Shown here: positions 40,323 through 42,682 of the stretch, piece after piece
Layout: each line of letters opens with the position of its first letter
Numbering within the stretch: the stretch's first letter is position 1
NCBI GenBank assembly: GCA_028749105.1
Contig: JAQUQF010000001.1
Span: 1 to 42,682, forward strand
Reading direction: 5' to 3'
Origin: Acidobacteriota bacterium
GTDB lineage: Bacteria; Acidobacteriota; Aminicenantia; UBA2199
Length of the DNA stretch: 42,682 nt
The notes under the pieces: model-generated
The model's input: only the letters and a program-made list of their open reading frames with translations
Database searches by the model: none
Told to the model about the DNA's origin: nothing
Position numbers and translations under genes: made by a program

Positions 40323-40681
40323 TCCCCACCCCCTTGTTTCACCCCGTATTTTTCCCCGTCCCAGACGTATCTCTCGTGCAATTCCGGCTCAATACAAGCG
40401 TCCACGCTCGCGCACTCGCCGCGCCAGAACCGATAAACATATCCCCGTAGGTAATAGAGCGTCATGTGCTCTCCGGCAGGGATCTTTTCCGGCCCGCCTG
40501 TCCGGCTCTGATAACCGTGGCTTGTGTGTTCGGACTTACGCAGGATGATGTAATCCCGGCGCTGGTGCAGCCAGGGTGCCAAGCGGATTGCCCGCACGGA
40601 TGTTGGGTGCCCAACTATGCGGTCGCCTACCCGAATGATCCTGTCCGCTGTGCGCTCAGCGAGTGTCATAGCAGGGATCAT
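40319..40681 (-). CDS. Hypothetical protein, 120 aa
   Basis: ATG at 40681 immediately after the stop of 40682..41131. ATGA overlap with the initiator gene. Confidence 0.6.
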   Translation of the reverse strand: MIPAMTLAERTADRIIRVGDRIVGHPTSVRAIRLAPWLHQRRDYIILRKSEHTSHGYQSRTGGPEKIPAGEHMTLYYLRGYVYRFWRGECASVDACIEPELHERYVWDGEKYGVKQGGGE

Positions 40682-41131
40682 CTACCACCTCCCCCGACCC
40701 CGCGGCAGGCGGCCGACAAAGTCCCACATGTTTCCCCCAGGCGGCTGCTGCAGTTGGGCGCGTTCAATCTGCATTCCGGGCAGGAAGTTCTGGTTGTTCC
40801 GAACCCGGATGATGATCTCCTCTCCGTTGAGCGTGGCCTCCATGAAACGGCCGTTTTTCAGGAAGACCCGTTTGACGACCGCCGGGAGATCGGGCGCCGC
40901 CTCGGGCGGGACCTGGGTAATACTCCCCAGGATTGACTTGGCCTCCTGGGCATTGCTCATGGCCAGGATGTTGATGATCTTCTCAATCCCCTTCTGGCTG
41001 TAGCGGATCTGCCGCCGGGCCATGCCGTATTCCTCGGCGCCGAACCCGTTTTCAGTCCGGATCCGCCGGATGGTCTCCCGGGGCACCCCCAGCCGTTGGG
41101 CAACTTCATCCTCGTTGTGATCGTATTTCAT
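40682..41131 (-). CDS. HTH DNA-binding protein, 149 aa
   Basis: DEVAQRLGVPRETIRRIR. C-terminal beta-rich domain ending RLPRGRGRW. Confidence 0.65.
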   Translation of the reverse strand: MKYDHNEDEVAQRLGVPRETIRRIRTENGFGAEEYGMARRQIRYSQKGIEKIINILAMSNAQEAKSILGSITQVPPEAAPDLPAVVKRVFLKNGRFMEATLNGEEIIIRVRNNQNFLPGMQIERAQLQQPPGGNMWDFVGRLPRGRGRW

Positions 41132-41265
41132 CTCCGCCCCTTTCCTGGTTTCCAGCCGTGTTTCACCGCCTGGGCGAACCGCTCAAAGCGGTCCCGGGCC
41201 CCGCGGCTCTTGAACGTCCGCACCTCCCCGCTCGCCATCCGCAGCTTCCTTTTTCCGATTTTCAT
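41128..41265 (-). CDS. Possible small basic protein, 45 aa (MKIGKRKLRMASGEVRTFKSRGARDRFERFAQAVKHGWKPGKGRR)
   Basis: ATGA overlap with the 41131 start. AGGA 4 nt before the ATG. Overlaps 41183..41422 by 83 nt, so at most one of the two overlapping reading frames is used across 41183-41265. Confidence 0.4.
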   Translation of the reverse strand: MKIGKRKLRMASGEVRTFKSRGARDRFERFAQAVKHGWKPGKGRR

Positions 41266-41422
41266 TCCTGGTCCTTTCGCATAGCGGGCACAGCAACCGC
41301 TCCCCGGGTTTGTGCCTGATTCCGTGTTCCTGGCGCAAGATCGCAATGGCCTGTTGTTGCGCCTGCTCATGCCGCCAGATCGCGGCCCTGACCCCAACCA
41401 TGCCCCCCCGTCCCCAGCTCAT
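41183..41422 (-). CDS. Possible small protein, 79 aa, with a CPLC knuckle
   Basis: ATG at 41422 preceded by AAAGGGGGAGAAAA. The C-terminal third looks like out-of-frame sequence. Confidence 0.45.
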   Translation of the reverse strand: MSWGRGGMVGVRAAIWRHEQAQQQAIAILRQEHGIRHKPGERLLCPLCERTRNENRKKEAADGERGGADVQEPRGPGPL

Positions 41423-41474
41423 TTTTCTCCCCCTTTCTTAAACAGTTGGAGTTGATCCATTTTCCTCCTTTGCC

Positions 41475-41630
41475 CTAGTTGTTATTGCATTCCCCCACCT
41501 CCGCCACCCGCCGCGCCCTGCGCTTGGCGTTCTTGGCCCTGCGGCGCTCCCGGCGGGCCATGGCTCTCTTAGCAGCCTCCTCCGCCGACACCGGCTGGAG
41601 TCTTGCCCGTCGCAGTTCTTTGAGTGTCAT
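41475..41630 (-). CDS. Possible small basic protein, 51 aa (MTLKELRRARLQPVSAEEAAKRAMARRERRRAKNAKRRARRVAEVGECNNN)
   Basis: Hand translation. ATG at 41630 preceded by GGGGGAGACGCC. Below the ORF-track length cut-off. Overlaps the tail of 41569..42102 by 62 nt. Confidence 0.4.
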   Translation of the reverse strand: MTLKELRRARLQPVSAEEAAKRAMARRERRRAKNAKRRARRVAEVGECNNN

Positions 41631-42102
41631 GGCGTCTCCCCCTTCCCCGGCGGCGGGGCTTCCTCACCTCCTCAATCCGCTTGCCGCAGTAGTGGCAGAA
41701 CGCGTAATGGGCTTGCACCGGACCAACGTGGCAGAAGGTGATCTTGCCGCACCCGGTATCCCACGCGTCGGTATCCCACGAGTCGGGCGGGTGCCGCGTC
41801 CACTTGCAGGTCGCGGGCGGCGGGTCGGGGACCGGCTCTCCCGTTTCCACCTTCGGCAGCGGGCCGCCCCACTGGCCGCCACACTCCTCGATTGGGCGAT
41901 TGCAATATCCCAACGTTGCCCATAATTTTCCGTCATTAAAACAGTCAACGTGAACGGGCATCCAAGTATGCCTTTTACTTTCTCGCCAGTAGTTCCACCC
42001 CGGCTCGGTGGGCGGCGGCTGGGGCGTGGGGAAGACGGTCAGGCACCCCGTGTCGTCATACCCGTGGCGAATGCCCTGGTTGTCACGGAATTGGATTTTC
42101 AT
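41569..42102 (-). CDS. Cys/Trp/Pro-rich protein, 177 aa, with a C-terminal zinc-ribbon-like CxxC pair
   Basis: GCGKITFCH...FCHYCGKRI. ATG at 42102 in an ATGA overlap with the truncated ORF upstream. Confidence 0.65.
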   Translation of the reverse strand: MKIQFRDNQGIRHGYDDTGCLTVFPTPQPPPTEPGWNYWRESKRHTWMPVHVDCFNDGKLWATLGYCNRPIEECGGQWGGPLPKVETGEPVPDPPPATCKWTRHPPDSWDTDAWDTGCGKITFCHVGPVQAHYAFCHYCGKRIEEVRKPRRRGRGRRHDTQRTATGKTPAGVGGGGC

Positions 42103-42219
42103 ACGAACCGTCCTTTCTCCGCTGACCAGCGGACGCGGATGGTGTGTTGCCTTAAATCCGATAAAAACATATCTTCCATAACGGAACCGTTTAATGGATT
42201 GCTGGCGTAATCTTTCAAT

Positions 42220-42682
<463 letters not shown>

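Overview
High-GC (roughly 60-65% by eye) segment of a tailed dsDNA phage or prophage genome. Every credible gene lies on the minus strand, and many are linked by ATGA/GTGA stop-start overlaps. In the direction of transcription (high to low coordinates) the window holds: (1) a partial Ala/Trp-repeat gene and small Zn-ribbon/basic/HTH genes; (2) a replication module: initiator-like gene with an embedded ori-like 10-bp phased repeat block, DnaB helicase, TSCPD-like protein; (3) a packaging/head module: large terminase, scaffold, HK97-fold major capsid protein, a signal-peptide repeat protein, probable portal; (4) a fibre module with a 958-aa fibre-like protein carrying two coding repeat arrays and a low-GC Kelch beta-propeller; (5) a fibre-adjacent cassette: secreted peptide, TM peptide, class I SAM methyltransferase, membrane protein; (6) a lysis cassette: TM/coiled-coil protein, candidate endolysin, 3TM GTA-type holin, small holin-like protein; (7) further putative virion proteins, including an 820-aa protein built from 60-residue repeats; (8) a 3,559-aa polyvalent giant protein that fills 25% of the window; (9) an accessory region: secreted protein sharing the giant protein's PPGFELE motif, small basic proteins, SLT transglycosylase, HTH protein, coupled small genes, and a second Ala/Trp-repeat paralog. 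The giant protein combines N-terminal PPGFELE repeats, a RadC-like JAB domain, an SNF2 ATPase, an HExxH zincin motif and a hydrophobic unassigned C-terminal third. I saw no tRNA, CRISPR array, integrase or repressor. The most interesting candidate is the giant multi-enzyme protein together with the small secreted protein that carries the same short linear motif. Functional calls rest on motif recognition by eye; no database search was possible.
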